Shown one piece after another: positions 20,320-31,258 of a stretch of DNA of 64,000 nucleotides. Position 1 is the stretch's first letter; each line of letters opens with the position of its first letter. The notes under the pieces were generated by a model that saw nothing but the letters and a program-made list of their open reading frames with translations, searched no databases and had not been told where the DNA came from. This DNA comes from Nitrospirota bacterium (GTDB taxonomy: Bacteria; Nitrospirota; UBA9217). Location: NCBI GenBank assembly GCA_963845065.1, contig CAWJQQ010000008.1, positions 288,001-352,000 of the forward strand, written 5' to 3'. Made by a program: the position numbers and the translations under genes.

Positions 20320-20348
20320 TTGATTTTATCAGCTCCGGCAGGTAATAT
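20320..20348 (+). promoter_or_regulatory. Sigma70-type promoter for ferredoxin copy 2
   Basis: TTGATT-N17-TAATAT. Confidence 0.5.
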
Positions 20349-20395
20349 ATTACGTTTTTGGAATCATACTTCAACTGAAGGAGGAGCAAAGCATC

Positions 20396-20581
20396 ATGTA
20401 TATGGTAACAATCGACAAAGCGAAGTGCGACGGAGACGGCACCTGTGCGAACGTGTGTCCACAAGCGGTGTTCAAGATTGAGGACGGCAAAGCCGACCCG
20501 GTCAACATGTCCGAATGCATCAACTGCCTGACCTGCGTGGAAAGCTGTCCCCAGCAGGCAATAACCGTTACCGAGATTTAG
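20396..20581 (+). CDS. Dicluster ferredoxin, copy 2
   Basis: CxxDxxCxxxCP and CxxCxxCxxxCP; AAGGAGG RBS; 45/61 aa identical to copy 1 (manual count). Confidence 0.92.
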   Translation: MYMVTIDKAKCDGDGTCANVCPQAVFKIEDGKADPVNMSECINCLTCVESCPQQAITVTEI

Positions 20582-20612
20582 GCAGTTATAGTCAATCTGG
20601 ATTTACACATGC

Positions 20613-20651
20613 AAAAGGGGACCGGCATACAGCCGGTCCCCTTATTTTTTC
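20613..20651. terminator. Likely bidirectional terminator
   Basis: AAAAGGGGACCGGC-ataca-GCCGGTCCCCTT-ATTTTTT between convergent genes. Confidence 0.8.
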
Positions 20652-20680
20652 TACTTGACGATGCGCAGAGCAGTCCTGGC

Positions 20681-21451
20681 CTACTCTTTATTCACTAACT
20701 TTTGGAAAGCCGTAATGAATTCTATCGGAAGAGGGAACACGATAGTTGTATTCTTTTCCGTGCCGATCTCGGTCAGTGTCTGAAGGTACCGAAGCTGCAA
20801 GGCTATCGGGTTTTTGCTTATAACCGCCGCGGCTTCGCCAAGTTTAGTCGATGCCTGCAGTTCTCCTTCTGCGTGGATGATCTTGGCGCGGCGCTCGCGT
20901 TCCGCCTGTGCCTGGATGGCGATGGCACGCTGCATCTCTGCAGGCAGGTCCACGTTCCTCACTTCTACGGTCGTTACCTTCACACCCCACGGTTCTGTCT
21001 GCTGGTCAATAACCTTTTGAAGCTCGGCATTGATGGCATCGCGGTTCGAGAGCAGGTCGTCGAACGAGTTCTGGCCGAGAATGCTCCGGAGGGTTGTCTG
21101 GGCGATAAGCGAAGTGGCATAGTAGAAGTCCTCGACCTCGATGATGGCCTTGCTCGGTTCGATGACCCTGAAATAAACCACGGCATTGACTTTTACGGTC
21201 ACGTTGTCTTTCGTAATCACGTCCTGGGACGGGACGTCCATCGTCACGGTTCGCAGGCTCACGCGTACCATCTTCTGTATCCCGGGCCAGAGAAAAATAA
21301 TCCCCGGTCCTTTTACACCACGATCTTTGCTCACCTTGCCGAGTGTAAAGATGAGGCCCCGCTCGTACTGCTTCAGGATTTTTACGATGTTGTACAGGAT
21401 GGCAAAAAAGATGATGATCGAGAAGAGAAAACTAGTTGCTAATATTTGCAT
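20681..21451 (-). CDS. SPFH/band 7 (stomatin-like) protein
   Basis: [41 protein letters not shown]. Confidence 0.93.
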   Translation of the reverse strand: MQILATSFLFSIIIFFAILYNIVKILKQYERGLIFTLGKVSKDRGVKGPGIIFLWPGIQKMVRVSLRTVTMDVPSQDVITKDNVTVKVNAVVYFRVIEPSKAIIEVEDFYYATSLIAQTTLRSILGQNSFDDLLSNRDAINAELQKVIDQQTEPWGVKVTTVEVRNVDLPAEMQRAIAIQAQAERERRAKIIHAEGELQASTKLGEAAAVISKNPIALQLRYLQTLTEIGTEKNTTIVFPLPIEFITAFQKLVNKE

Positions 21452-21486
21452 AGTGAATCCTCCTTTTATGAATGACAACAGGTCGT

Positions 21487-22836
21487 TTATTGCTTAATGA
21501 TCTTTTTTACCTTGACTTTCAGACCTTCCATGGCAGTGACCGTGACACGTTCTCCCTTCTGAATCGACTCGTCGCTCCAGGCGCTCCAGTATTCACCTCT
21601 CATGAACACCTGTCCGTCTGTATGAATGTCCGTCTTGGCTAGCGCCTCCATGCCGATCATTCCTTCCTTGCCGGTATACGGCTTTTCTCGGTACACGCGA
21701 ACGGCGACGGTCATGGTGATAATAAAGAGGATTGCGGACATGCCAACTGCCGGAATGATCACGGCCCAGGATATTTGCAGGACAGGAGATGACGAGTTGA
21801 TCAGCATGATCGAGCCAAAGAGCATGGAGATCGTCCCACCGATCCCCAGTATCCCGTGGCTCGTGATGAAAGCTTCCGCTATGAACAGACTAATGCCGAG
21901 AATAATGAGAAGGAGCCCGGCATAATTGATTGGGAGTGTATGGAGAGCGTAAAAGGCAAGGACGAGGCAGATCGCTCCTGCAACACCGGGGAAAATCGCG
22001 CCGGGGTTCGAGAGCTCGAAATAGAGACCGTAGAATCCAAGAATCATCAGGATGTACGCAATATTTGGATTACTGATAATTTCCAGCAAACGATAGCGGA
22101 AGCCCATATTGATTTCCTTCACTTCCGCGCCCTCGGTTGAAAGCGTTTTCTTGCCGATAACGAGATCTATTTTTTTTCCGTTCAGGGCTTTTACCAGGGT
22201 CGGAACATCAGGCGCAATAAGATCGATCACATGGTCTTTCAACGCTTCAGTTTCGGTAATCGATACGCTGTTTCGCACTGCATCCTCAGCCCACTTGGCG
22301 TTCCTTCCCCGCTTTTCCGCAATGCCGCGCGCCATCGCTGCCAGATCGTTTACGACTTTTTTTTCCATGGTCTTGTCCATGGTTCCTTGCATTGTAACCG
22401 GATGGGCAGCTCCCATGTGCGTTGTCGGTGCCATAGCGGCAATGTTAGCTGCGAGAGTTATGAATACTCCGGCCGAAGCGGCCCGCGCCCCGCTCGGAGC
22501 AACATAGACGACAGTCGCCAAATCGGCGGCCATCATCTTCATGACGATCTCTTGCATAGAATCAACAAGTCCTCCGGGGGTGTTCAACTGGATAATGATC
22601 GCCTCGGCCTTGGCTTCAGATGCCTTATCGATCGAATTGATTATATAATCGGCGATCACGGGCGTAATCGCCGCGTCGACATTAATGAGGAATATCTGAT
22701 GGCGATGTGCAGCTGGGCTTGGAGATACCGGCTTCGCGGTTTTGACTATTTCGACTGACAGAGAATCTTTTCCGAACCAGGATAACAAAAGAAAGAACGA
22801 GAATAACAGGATCATCCATCTCGTATTTTTTTGCAT
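21487..22836 (-). CDS. nfeD: NfeD family membrane serine protease (long form)
   Basis: [21 protein letters not shown] block, C-terminal OB-fold (GEYWSA); paired with the SPFH gene. Confidence 0.92.
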   Translation of the reverse strand: MQKNTRWMILLFSFFLLLSWFGKDSLSVEIVKTAKPVSPSPAAHRHQIFLINVDAAITPVIADYIINSIDKASEAKAEAIIIQLNTPGGLVDSMQEIVMKMMAADLATVVYVAPSGARAASAGVFITLAANIAAMAPTTHMGAAHPVTMQGTMDKTMEKKVVNDLAAMARGIAEKRGRNAKWAEDAVRNSVSITETEALKDHVIDLIAPDVPTLVKALNGKKIDLVIGKKTLSTEGAEVKEINMGFRYRLLEIISNPNIAYILMILGFYGLYFELSNPGAIFPGVAGAICLVLAFYALHTLPINYAGLLLIILGISLFIAEAFITSHGILGIGGTISMLFGSIMLINSSSPVLQISWAVIIPAVGMSAILFIITMTVAVRVYREKPYTGKEGMIGMEALAKTDIHTDGQVFMRGEYWSAWSDESIQKGERVTVTAMEGLKVKVKKIIKQ

Positions 22837-22859
22837 TACTCTCCTCCGTGTGATAGCAA

Positions 22860-22924
22860 AGTATAGCCTCTATGCCACATGCTGTCAAGAAGTGCTTGAC
22901 TCAGAAAAGGTTTTTCTGTAGCAT
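22860..22924. promoter_or_regulatory. Back-to-back sigma70 promoters (nfeD and rsmD)
   Basis: Minus strand TTGACA-N17-TATACT (22888-22860); plus strand TTGACT-N17-TAGCAT (22896-22924). Confidence 0.65.
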
Positions 22925-22943
22925 CGATACAGCAAAATGCGCT

Positions 22944-23483
22944 ATGAGAGTGACTGGAGGCATAAGCAGAGGGCAGCGGTTAAAGGTCCCGGCAGGATCA
23001 GGTGTCAGACCTACCTCCGACAAGGTAAAACAGGCGTTGTTCAACATTCTCGGCAACAGGATAATTGGTGCTTCTTTTCTAGATCTCTATGCAGGCGCGG
23101 GCGGCATTGGCATCGAGGCCCTCAGTCGAGAAGCAGGTCTAGTGGTCTTCGTCGATTCATCGCGAGAGTCCCTCTCCGTCATCAAGAAAAACATCGAGCA
23201 GACCGGGTTCGGGGAACGGGCGCAGGTCGTCTCGGCCAAGGCTGAGAGTTATCTGAAAAAGCCATCAGGGCGTTATGATATCGTTTTTCTCGATCCTCCC
23301 TATGCCGAAGATATGCAGCCGCTCCTCGATCTGCTTGCGGGATCGGGAAGCATTAAAAGCGACGGCATCGTGGTAGCAGAGCATTTTAGGAAGCAGCCAT
23401 CTCCGGCAAAAGCGGGCGCTTTGGTGCTGTATCGCGAAGCGCGTTACGGTAATACGGTCCTGGCGTTTTATAAAATGACATAG
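22944..23483 (+). CDS. rsmD: 16S rRNA m2G966 methyltransferase
   Basis: MRVTGG..RG, RPTSDKVKQALFN, LDLYAGAG, FLDPPY; upstream of coaD. Confidence 0.93.
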   Translation: MRVTGGISRGQRLKVPAGSGVRPTSDKVKQALFNILGNRIIGASFLDLYAGAGGIGIEALSREAGLVVFVDSSRESLSVIKKNIEQTGFGERAQVVSAKAESYLKKPSGRYDIVFLDPPYAEDMQPLLDLLAGSGSIKSDGIVVAEHFRKQPSPAKAGALVLYREARYGNTVLAFYKMT

Positions 23484-23607
23484 GCATAAGTATCTATAGA
23501 GGGTGCTTGGAGATGCGTTATAGTCAGCCTTGACGCTATGTAGAAAGAGAACCACATTGCTACTATAATAATCCTGCGCTAGTAGCATGCGGTAATAAGG
23601 AGGTCGT

Positions 23608-24090
23608 ATGAAACATGTCGCTGTCTATCCCGGCACTTTTGACCCAGTTACCAAAGGGCATGTAGATCTTGTCGAACGGAGCCTCAGTATTTTTGATGAG
23701 ATCATCGTCGCGATTGCGGCAAATCCAAGAAAAGAACCTCTTTTTACCCTCGACGAGCGCATCGATATGTTCGCGAAAGTGACGGACCAGTTCGAACGGA
23801 TGAAGATAGAGGGGTTCGATGGGCTCCTGGTAGATTATGTTAAAGAGAAGAAAGCCGTGGGCATTATCCGTGGCCTTCGCGCTGTATCAGACTTTGAATA
23901 TGAAATGCAGATGGCACTCATGAACCGGCGGCTCGACCATACGATTGAGACCGTCTTCCTGATGCCTAATGAGGAATACTCATTTATCACTTCGACAATC
24001 GTAAAAGAGGCCGCGAGTTATGGCGGCGATGTTTCCAGCCTCGTACCGAAAATTGTCGTAGAGAAACTCAAGAAGAAGTTCGGCAAGTAG
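23608..24090 (+). CDS. coaD: Phosphopantetheine adenylyltransferase
   Basis: YPGTFDPVTKGH, RGLRAVSDFEYE. Confidence 0.97.
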   Translation: MKHVAVYPGTFDPVTKGHVDLVERSLSIFDEIIVAIAANPRKEPLFTLDERIDMFAKVTDQFERMKIEGFDGLLVDYVKEKKAVGIIRGLRAVSDFEYEMQMALMNRRLDHTIETVFLMPNEEYSFITSTIVKEAASYGGDVSSLVPKIVVEKLKKKFGK

Positions 24091-24645
24091 GGGCGGAGAT
24101 TACCATCCTCATCTGCGAATCAATATTCTTTTAACGGCAAACCGTATAGCAAATGCAACATGGAGCCTTCAAAGTCTCGTCAAAATACAAGCATACTGAA
24201 TTTTCTGTGCTCAAAATTAAGAACCGCCATTCCTAACGCTTCCTTATTTCGTCTTGCCTACCATAGCTTCGATCATTTCCCAGTAGAGTCTTGCTTATTT
24301 CCTCTGTTGAGACTGGCTGGCATTCTCAATTCTAGTGTCTGCTTGCACCAAGCTGAAATGGTTAAGTGCATATCCGCCTGCCATGTATACCATCTTTATG
24401 ATTAATTCCTGGTTGATCCTCGGCCTTCTGCGATTATCATACGGAGCAATTTAAAATGCACCTACGCTTTTTTCAGGTTCTGATTAACCGGGTCAAAATG
24501 CCAACCTGCCGTTTTCCCACATTATTTTTCGGGGGAACGGATCCTAATCATTTTTTCGGAACAAAAAAACGATTCACTCTGTCTAATGAGTAGAGAGGGT
24601 AGGGACGCCTTCCTTCCACACTTCAAGAAGAGAAAGGAGAACAAT

Positions 24646-25458
24646 ATGCGTTACACAGTTTTCGTCACCTTCATCGTCTTTATGCTATCAGCAACAGCAC
24701 CGGCCAATGCCCACATCAAACCCTTTTTTGCGGGAGCAGTATCGGTAGATATCATTTCTGACAGAGGCACCGTTTTCCAGAGTTTCCTTTACCAGGAATT
24801 AAAGAGGGGAGAAACCTGGATAATCAAGAAATACCTCGAGGCCAAAAAAGGGGAAAACTACGGGATTGTCATCAGGAACAACACCCCGGAGCGTATCGGT
24901 GTGGTTATCGCTGCAGATGGAAGAAACATTATATCCGGCGGCATGTCTGACCTGAAAAACAGCGAGACTATGTATATTGTGAATCCGTACGAAGCGGCGC
25001 AGTATGACGGTTGGAGGACCTCGGAGAGCGAGGTGCACCGATTCTACTTCACCGAACCCATGGATTCCTACAGTGTCAGGACGTTTGACGATTCATCTGC
25101 AATGGGCGTAATTGCCGTTGCAGTTTTCCGGGAAAAGGAACAACCGCAGTCGTATCTGGAACAGCAGCAGAACAAAGCAGCACCCGCCCTTCCGTCAATG
25201 GAGAGTGCAAGGCAAGGCCAGAGAAAGGCGCTGGCTGACGAAAGCGCTGGAACGGGCTTCGGCGAAGCACAATACTCGCCTGTCATCAGCGTCAAGTTTA
25301 AGCCTGAATGCAAACCAATTCAGAAAATATTGGTCAAATATGAATGGCGGGAGACGCTATGCAGAAGAGGCATTCTTCAGTGCGAACAGAACCATGGAAA
25401 CCGCCTCTGGGGTCAGGAAGAGTACGTACCCTACCCTCCAGGTTATCCGAGGAATTAG
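24646..25458 (+). CDS. Exported hypothetical protein
   Basis: AAGGAG RBS, signal peptide ending ANA, conserved-looking DGRN..SG / DGWR / GVIAVAVFRE / GTGFG segments. Confidence 0.7.
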   Translation: MRYTVFVTFIVFMLSATAPANAHIKPFFAGAVSVDIISDRGTVFQSFLYQELKRGETWIIKKYLEAKKGENYGIVIRNNTPERIGVVIAADGRNIISGGMSDLKNSETMYIVNPYEAAQYDGWRTSESEVHRFYFTEPMDSYSVRTFDDSSAMGVIAVAVFREKEQPQSYLEQQQNKAAPALPSMESARQGQRKALADESAGTGFGEAQYSPVISVKFKPECKPIQKILVKYEWRETLCRRGILQCEQNHGNRLWGQEEYVPYPPGYPRN

Positions 25459-25665
25459 TATTATGTTTTGCAGCACTATAGCGCAAAGGTCGTGGTTATT
25501 GGGGATTTTACAGCCTGTCGTTTTTCCTTGAGCAGATAAATGTCAATCAGAAACATAAACAGCATAGTATCGCTGAAGGGTTTTTTGGAAAAAAAAGTTA
25601 AAAAATTAATATTATGGTGTATTATAATATCTTAACATGTTGGAGTCTAATTTCTATAGTGAACT

Positions 25666-26523
25666 ATGACATTCAGTATAACGGCCCATAAAATCGCGCG
25701 ATATTTTCGCAGAGAACTTTGTCGAACGCTCAGGATATCAATCGCCCTGTGCTTTCTCATTCTTGTTACAGCGCCTATCCCTGGTACGCTTAGTGCAAAG
25801 GATGAGGCAACCTCAAATTCCCAGACGAACATCCAGGCGTTCCAGCCTGGAGAAACACTGATTTATGATATCAGCTGGTCTAATATTCTCACCGCGGGGA
25901 CTGCCATAATGGAGGTTAAGAACCACACGTTGCCGGATGGGAAAGAGGTCCTCCAGTTTATCGTGACAGGCCATTCTATAGGATTGATAGATAAGTTATT
26001 TAAAGTGTACGATGCCGTCCAGAGTGTCTTCGACCCGAAGATCATGCAAAGCCTGACATTTAACGTCGATGAGAACTATGGGAAGAAAAAGAAACGCAGT
26101 GCTCTTGTTTTTGACCATGCGCAAAATACTGTGACTAGCAAGGTGAATGATGACCCACCAAAAAAACTGATTATTCCAGACCACGTGCAGGACCTTTTGT
26201 CGTCGTTCTACTATCTCAGGGCGGTAGAGGATTTCAGTAGAGACAAAACCATCGTCTTCGAAGTGTACGAAGGCGGCAAGATATGGTCTGTCGAAGTTTA
26301 TACGCTGGGTAGGGAAATTTTGAAGACGCCTGCAGGGGAGTTCTCCACGATTAAGATCAGGACCTATCCGAAGTATAAAGGGGTCTTTATGCACAAAGGT
26401 GAGGTCTTCATATGGCTAACGGATGACAGCCGGAAGGTCCCGGTACTTATGAAGATCAAGCTCGCTGTCGGATCTTTTGTGTTTACCTTACGGGAGGTGC
26501 AACGGGAGGGAGAGGCCCGATGA
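25666..26523 (+). CDS. DUF3108-like exported protein
   Basis: FQPGETLIYDISW, QDLLSSFYYLR, TPAGEF, IWLTDD..KVPV. Confidence 0.75.
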   Translation: MTFSITAHKIARYFRRELCRTLRISIALCFLILVTAPIPGTLSAKDEATSNSQTNIQAFQPGETLIYDISWSNILTAGTAIMEVKNHTLPDGKEVLQFIVTGHSIGLIDKLFKVYDAVQSVFDPKIMQSLTFNVDENYGKKKKRSALVFDHAQNTVTSKVNDDPPKKLIIPDHVQDLLSSFYYLRAVEDFSRDKTIVFEVYEGGKIWSVEVYTLGREILKTPAGEFSTIKIRTYPKYKGVFMHKGEVFIWLTDDSRKVPVLMKIKLAVGSFVFTLREVQREGEAR

Positions 26524-26643
26524 TTATTCTCATCGGGTAATGGTCTTTTGCCTGTACCTGTACCAGAACGGATATTATCCTCCGCGCCACAGGTTGACCA
26601 GGATGGAATCTGCAGAAGAATTTTGTCTGCATCAGGGCCGTGC

Positions 26644-27465
26644 TCATTGGCTGTTGAGTCTCTGTCTCATTGCCTCATAGAGAATGACTGCGGCGGCTGT
26701 CGCTACATTGAGTGAATCTATCGTTTCCACCATGGGGATCCTGACGCGGAGATCAATGGCAGCCATGATGCTTTGCGGGAGGCCCGCACCCTCCTGGCCT
26801 ACTATCACAACAGTAGGCTTGGTCATATCAACTGCAAAATGCGATTTGTCTCCGTTCAGGGCCGTTGCAATTGTCTGAAAGCCCGTCTGCTTGCATGTTT
26901 GAATGAATGATGCAACACCTCCGACTAGCACAACAGGCAGGCGCAGGATGCTGTTCATGGAAGCTCGGACCGCCTTTGCGTTGAATGGGTCAACTGTGTT
27001 CTGAGTGATTGCAATGCCTGATGAGCCAACTGCTTCTGCGGTTCTGATAATGGTGCCGAGATTTCCTGGATCCTGAAGCTGGTGGGCGACGACTATCAAG
27101 CGGGCCTTGTGATTCAGAAGTGATTCTTCCGTATACTGTTTCATCTGGACAACCGCCATTATTGGCTGCGGCGTCTTGCTTTCGGCGATTATATCCATCA
27201 CCCGCTCAGATACCCAAATAATATCGATGCCTTTGCTTTCAGAGAGCTTGAGTACGCCTTTACCATGGTGTTGTGTGAGCGATGGTGCGGCGATTACAGT
27301 CTTGACCCCAAGGTTGTCGCGAAGCGCCTCTTCGACCATCTTGACGCCTTCAATGAGAAAGGTTTGTTCCTTTTCCCGGCGTCTAGGGTCAGCGAGAGAA
27401 CGAAGAAACTTTACAATGCTGTTGTCTTTGCTCGAGATGGGGCTGTAAGAGCTGGTTTGCCGCAT
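26644..27465 (-). CDS. TrmH/SpoU family RNA methyltransferase
   Basis: FLIEG, LQDPGNLGTIIRTA, GQEGAGL, IPM..DSLNVATA. Confidence 0.92.
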   Translation of the reverse strand: MRQTSSYSPISSKDNSIVKFLRSLADPRRREKEQTFLIEGVKMVEEALRDNLGVKTVIAAPSLTQHHGKGVLKLSESKGIDIIWVSERVMDIIAESKTPQPIMAVVQMKQYTEESLLNHKARLIVVAHQLQDPGNLGTIIRTAEAVGSSGIAITQNTVDPFNAKAVRASMNSILRLPVVLVGGVASFIQTCKQTGFQTIATALNGDKSHFAVDMTKPTVVIVGQEGAGLPQSIMAAIDLRVRIPMVETIDSLNVATAAAVILYEAMRQRLNSQ

Positions 27466-27590
27466 GAGCGGAAGTATAGCATAATGAAGAAAGAACAAAT
27501 AGAAAATTCCGGAAGGATGGAGATTTGTCTATCCACTCGGCTGTACGCATTTACAATCGACCACGGCAGAAGGATTTCACTACATTCACA

Positions 27591-27908
27591 TCACCTCTGT
27601 ATTCCCCTCTTCTCCGAAAGAAGATTTTTTTCCCCGACATTTTTCATGATGCGGAGCTGTTCCTGATACTGCCGCTCCAAGTTCTGCCATTGCATAAGTG
27701 ATTCATAACTGCTTTCCCAGGCAGAGTAATCGTCCTTGTTGTCCGGGACTCCGTTCAGACTGCCGGCGCGGTATTCATCGATGAAGGTATCCGTCGGCTT
27801 ATGATGTTTTTGTTCCAAAAGGGCGAGCGTTTTGTTAATGCGCTTAATCGTATTACCGCAGATCTTCAGTTCTCGGAGCAGGGATATTTCGAAATCATCG
27901 GAATGCAT
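27591..27908 (-). CDS. Hypothetical helical protein
   Basis: 105-aa ORF with a plausible coiled-coil composition, divergent from the cbr-like module. Confidence 0.55.
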   Translation of the reverse strand: MHSDDFEISLLRELKICGNTIKRINKTLALLEQKHHKPTDTFIDEYRAGSLNGVPDNKDDYSAWESSYESLMQWQNLERQYQEQLRIMKNVGEKNLLSEKRGIQR

Positions 27909-28144
27909 ATTGGTTCTTTCACTTTTGTATTTTTAATACATTAATATAAAGGTTTATGAAAAACAAGTAAAATGTGCATTTTTAGGATGATGTAAGCATA
28001 AATGTACGTGTTTTGTGGATTTTTGTTACAAATTGTGTTATGATATGTTACTTAAAGTCTTGATTAATTGATGCCTGTAAGCAAGTGGGTAGTTGATAGG
28101 ATTACAATGTGCAAAAAGGTTACACGGCCAAGGGTGATGATATC

Positions 28145-28321
28145 ATGAAACGGGACATCTGGGGCTTTTTGTTCTGTCTCGGTCTTGTACTCTTCTGCGG
28201 GCCTATCCTGATTATCTTCCACAACAGTCTTGCCTATTACCTGTTTATCATCTGGATCGTTTTTATCGGGCTCATATTCCTGGCCTCGACCTTTTCGGAA
28301 CGGGACGACGGAGGAAATTAA
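28145..28321 (+). CDS. Small two-TM peptide, CbrX-like
   Basis: 58 aa, hydrophobic, LF.GP...YYLF..W; stop abuts the GTG of the next gene. Confidence 0.65.
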   Translation: MKRDIWGFLFCLGLVLFCGPILIIFHNSLAYYLFIIWIVFIGLIFLASTFSERDDGGN

Positions 28322-31258
28322 GTGTTTTCACCGTGGTTGCTGCTCTCGATTATTCTCGGTTACCTTCTGCTTCTCTTTTCCGTAGCGTATTTCGCGGAGC
28401 GGAAGGAGTTGCAGGGGAAAAGCCTCGTATCAAACCCGTATATCTATTCTCTTTCTCTGGCCGTATACTGCACGTCCTGGACCTTTTATGGCAGCGTGGG
28501 CAAAGCAGCCAATTCCGGCCTGAGCTTTCTCGCGATTTATATCGGGCCCACGCTTATGGCGGCGCTGTGGTGGATCGTGCTCCGGAAAATCGTCTACCTT
28601 GCCCGGGAGAACCGAATTACAACGATTTCCGACTTCATCTCTTCCCGGTATGGGAAATCCATCGGCCTCTCGGTTCTCGTTACGATCGTTGCCGTCGTCG
28701 GCATTACCCCTTATCTCGGACTCCAATTGAAGGCCGTGATGACGTCCTTTTCCCTGCTTTCAGGCGAGCCCGAAAGCCATTTCACCGGCGCGTTCATCTC
28801 ATTCCTCCTTGGTGTGTTTGCGGTGATTTTCGGAGCTAGGAGGCTCGATGCTTCAGAACGTCATGGCGGACTGATCTTTGCTGTGGCCTTCGAGTCCGCT
28901 ATTAAACTCGTGGCGTTCCTCCTTGTGGGGTTTTTCGTGACCTACGGGCTCTTTCACGGGATCGGAGACATTCTCGGAAAAATTCAGCATGGACCCTATG
29001 CGTCGCTCATGAAACTTGGGGAAGGGTCGCCGGTCAGCTTCTCTGAATGGATTTCGCTGACGTTCCTATCCATGATGGCCATTATGTTCCTCCCCCGCCA
29101 GTTTCATGTTGCCGTCGTGGAAAACCATTCCGTCGACCACATTAAGAAGGCCATGTGGCTATTCCCTCTCTATCTCTTCCTAATAAACATCTTCGTACTG
29201 CCCATCGCATATGGCGGGCTGCTTCTCGGCGGTATCCCGTCCGCAGCGGACTATTTCATTCTCAGTATTCCCATGCACTATGGCCACTCACTTCTGGCAC
29301 TCGTCGTGTTCATCGGCGGCTTTTCCGCGGCTACAGCCATGATTATCGTCGAATCTATCGCACTTAGTACAATGGTGATGAACAGTTTTGTTATACCCAC
29401 ACTCTGGGACCTCTCCGCAATCAAGAACTTTCACTCCGTCGTCTTGAACATCAAGAGGCTAGTGATCCTTGGCTGCGTGTTTCTCGGCTACGCCTTTGCC
29501 ATATACATCGGTGAGTTCTATAGCCTCGTGGACATCGGCCTCAAATCATTCGAAGCGGTTACCATCTTCGCGCCTTCCATCCTGCTGGGCCTCTATTGGA
29601 AAGGCGGAAACAAAAAGGGGGCCATCGCCGGCATTCTGGCCGGGTTCGGCGTCTGGACCTACACACTTCTCATTCCGGCGTTCATGCGTGCAGGGATCAT
29701 CCAAAAAGGCGATTTCATGGAGGCGCTCTTCCACTCAAAGATTCTGAACCCCACGGCTCTCTTTGGACTTGGGGGTTTGGACCGCTGGAGCCATTCCCTG
29801 TTTTGGGGAATGTTTTTGAATATCTGTTTCTACGTCGGGGTTTCGCTTCTGACCCGTCAGTCCGATGAGGAGACGCATCAGGCCATCGTGTTTGTGGATT
29901 CCTTTTCACCACTCCATATCGGGCCTGTGTACCGGCCTTCGGGGATCGCTGAGGTCGAAGATATCCTGGGGCAGTACATCGGCCCCGATGAGGCGCGCGA
30001 AGTTATTGATGGATTTCTCAGAAAAAACGGCCTGACCCGGCCTTCACTGTCAGGCGAATGGCTCATAAAGCTTCGACAAGAAGCTGAGCGGGTCCTTTCC
30101 GGAGCGATGGGCCCATCAATCAGCACGCTGGTATTCCAGGATCGTATGGTCCTGACGCACGACGAGGCGCTGCGCGTCTCGGATTCGATCCAGCATATAT
30201 CGCGCAGCCTCCGACTGTCGCGCCAGGAACTGGCCGATACGAACCGGCAGCTTGCCATGCTCAAGGAGTTCAGCGAGAACATCATCGAAAGCCTTCCGCT
30301 CGGCGTGGCCACGCTGGATGAAGCGCTGCTCGTCAAGTACTGGAATAACGGCATGGAAATGATTACTGGCGTGGAGAAGTCCGATTCCCTCGAACGCGAT
30401 GCATCACAGCTACTCACATGCCTCGAACCCAAGCTCTTCACACCGGAGGTCCGGGAGGGAGAGATCACTTGCAAGAGAAATTTCGATCCCCAAATCATCC
30501 TCAAGGGCTATATTAGCCGACTCACCGGCGCCCAGAAAGGGTATGTACTTGTACTCGAAGATATAACAGAAAGGAAAAAAATCGAGGAGGAATTGTTTCG
30601 CGCTACGAAGCACGCCAGCGTCGGGAGACTTGCAGCGGGTGTGGCGCACGAGATAGGAAATCCGCTTGCATCCATCTCGTCGCTTGTGCAGGAGCTTCAG
30701 ACCGAGGATGTTTCATCGTTTACCAAGGATTCACTCACCACGATCAATCAGCATGTGCACCGTATCGCTCGCATCGTCAGGAGCCTGGGTGACTTCGCGC
30801 GACTTTATCCCAGGCAGAAGGTCGCGACAAGCCTGGGTGACATTCTGGAAAACACGCTTAACCTCGTCCGGTATGACAAAAACTTCCGGAAGATCGAGAT
30901 CCGCACTGATGTACACTCCACGCCGCCCCTCAAGATCGACCCGGATCAGATTCAGCAGGTTTTTCTGAATCTGATTCTAAACGCGCGGGACGCCATGCCG
31001 AACGGCGGCAGCCTCGACATCGCCGTAAAGCATATTGATGGCAGTGTCATGATGCTGTTCGCCGATACCGGATGCGGTATTGACCCCGAAGTCAGAGACA
31101 AGGTTTTCGATCCCTTCTTTAGCACCAAGGGGCCGGCAAAAGGCACCGGATTGGGACTAAGTATATGCTATAGCATCATCAAGGACCATGGCGGTACGAT
31201 CGAGATCGATTCCGGAAAAGATAACGGAACTCGGTTTACGATTAAAATTCCCGTTTAA
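28322..31258 (+). CDS. SLC5 (Na+/solute symporter)-STAC-PAS histidine kinase, CbrA-like
   Basis: SLAVYCTSWTFYGSVG, LPRQFHV, STAC-like AERVLSGAMG, PAS, HisKA (AHEIGNPL), HATPase. Confidence 0.9.
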   Translation: MFSPWLLLSIILGYLLLLFSVAYFAERKELQGKSLVSNPYIYSLSLAVYCTSWTFYGSVGKAANSGLSFLAIYIGPTLMAALWWIVLRKIVYLARENRITTISDFISSRYGKSIGLSVLVTIVAVVGITPYLGLQLKAVMTSFSLLSGEPESHFTGAFISFLLGVFAVIFGARRLDASERHGGLIFAVAFESAIKLVAFLLVGFFVTYGLFHGIGDILGKIQHGPYASLMKLGEGSPVSFSEWISLTFLSMMAIMFLPRQFHVAVVENHSVDHIKKAMWLFPLYLFLINIFVLPIAYGGLLLGGIPSAADYFILSIPMHYGHSLLALVVFIGGFSAATAMIIVESIALSTMVMNSFVIPTLWDLSAIKNFHSVVLNIKRLVILGCVFLGYAFAIYIGEFYSLVDIGLKSFEAVTIFAPSILLGLYWKGGNKKGAIAGILAGFGVWTYTLLIPAFMRAGIIQKGDFMEALFHSKILNPTALFGLGGLDRWSHSLFWGMFLNICFYVGVSLLTRQSDEETHQAIVFVDSFSPLHIGPVYRPSGIAEVEDILGQYIGPDEAREVIDGFLRKNGLTRPSLSGEWLIKLRQEAERVLSGAMGPSISTLVFQDRMVLTHDEALRVSDSIQHISRSLRLSRQELADTNRQLAMLKEFSENIIESLPLGVATLDEALLVKYWNNGMEMITGVEKSDSLERDASQLLTCLEPKLFTPEVREGEITCKRNFDPQIILKGYISRLTGAQKGYVLVLEDITERKKIEEELFRATKHASVGRLAAGVAHEIGNPLASISSLVQELQTEDVSSFTKDSLTTINQHVHRIARIVRSLGDFARLYPRQKVATSLGDILENTLNLVRYDKNFRKIEIRTDVHSTPPLKIDPDQIQQVFLNLILNARDAMPNGGSLDIAVKHIDGSVMMLFADTGCGIDPEVRDKVFDPFFSTKGPAKGTGLGLSICYSIIKDHGGTIEIDSGKDNGTRFTIKIPV

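Noticed and set aside
24100..24540. Short ORFs or a possible gene remnant after coaD
   Set aside because: No recognisable motif, RBS or sustained reading frame
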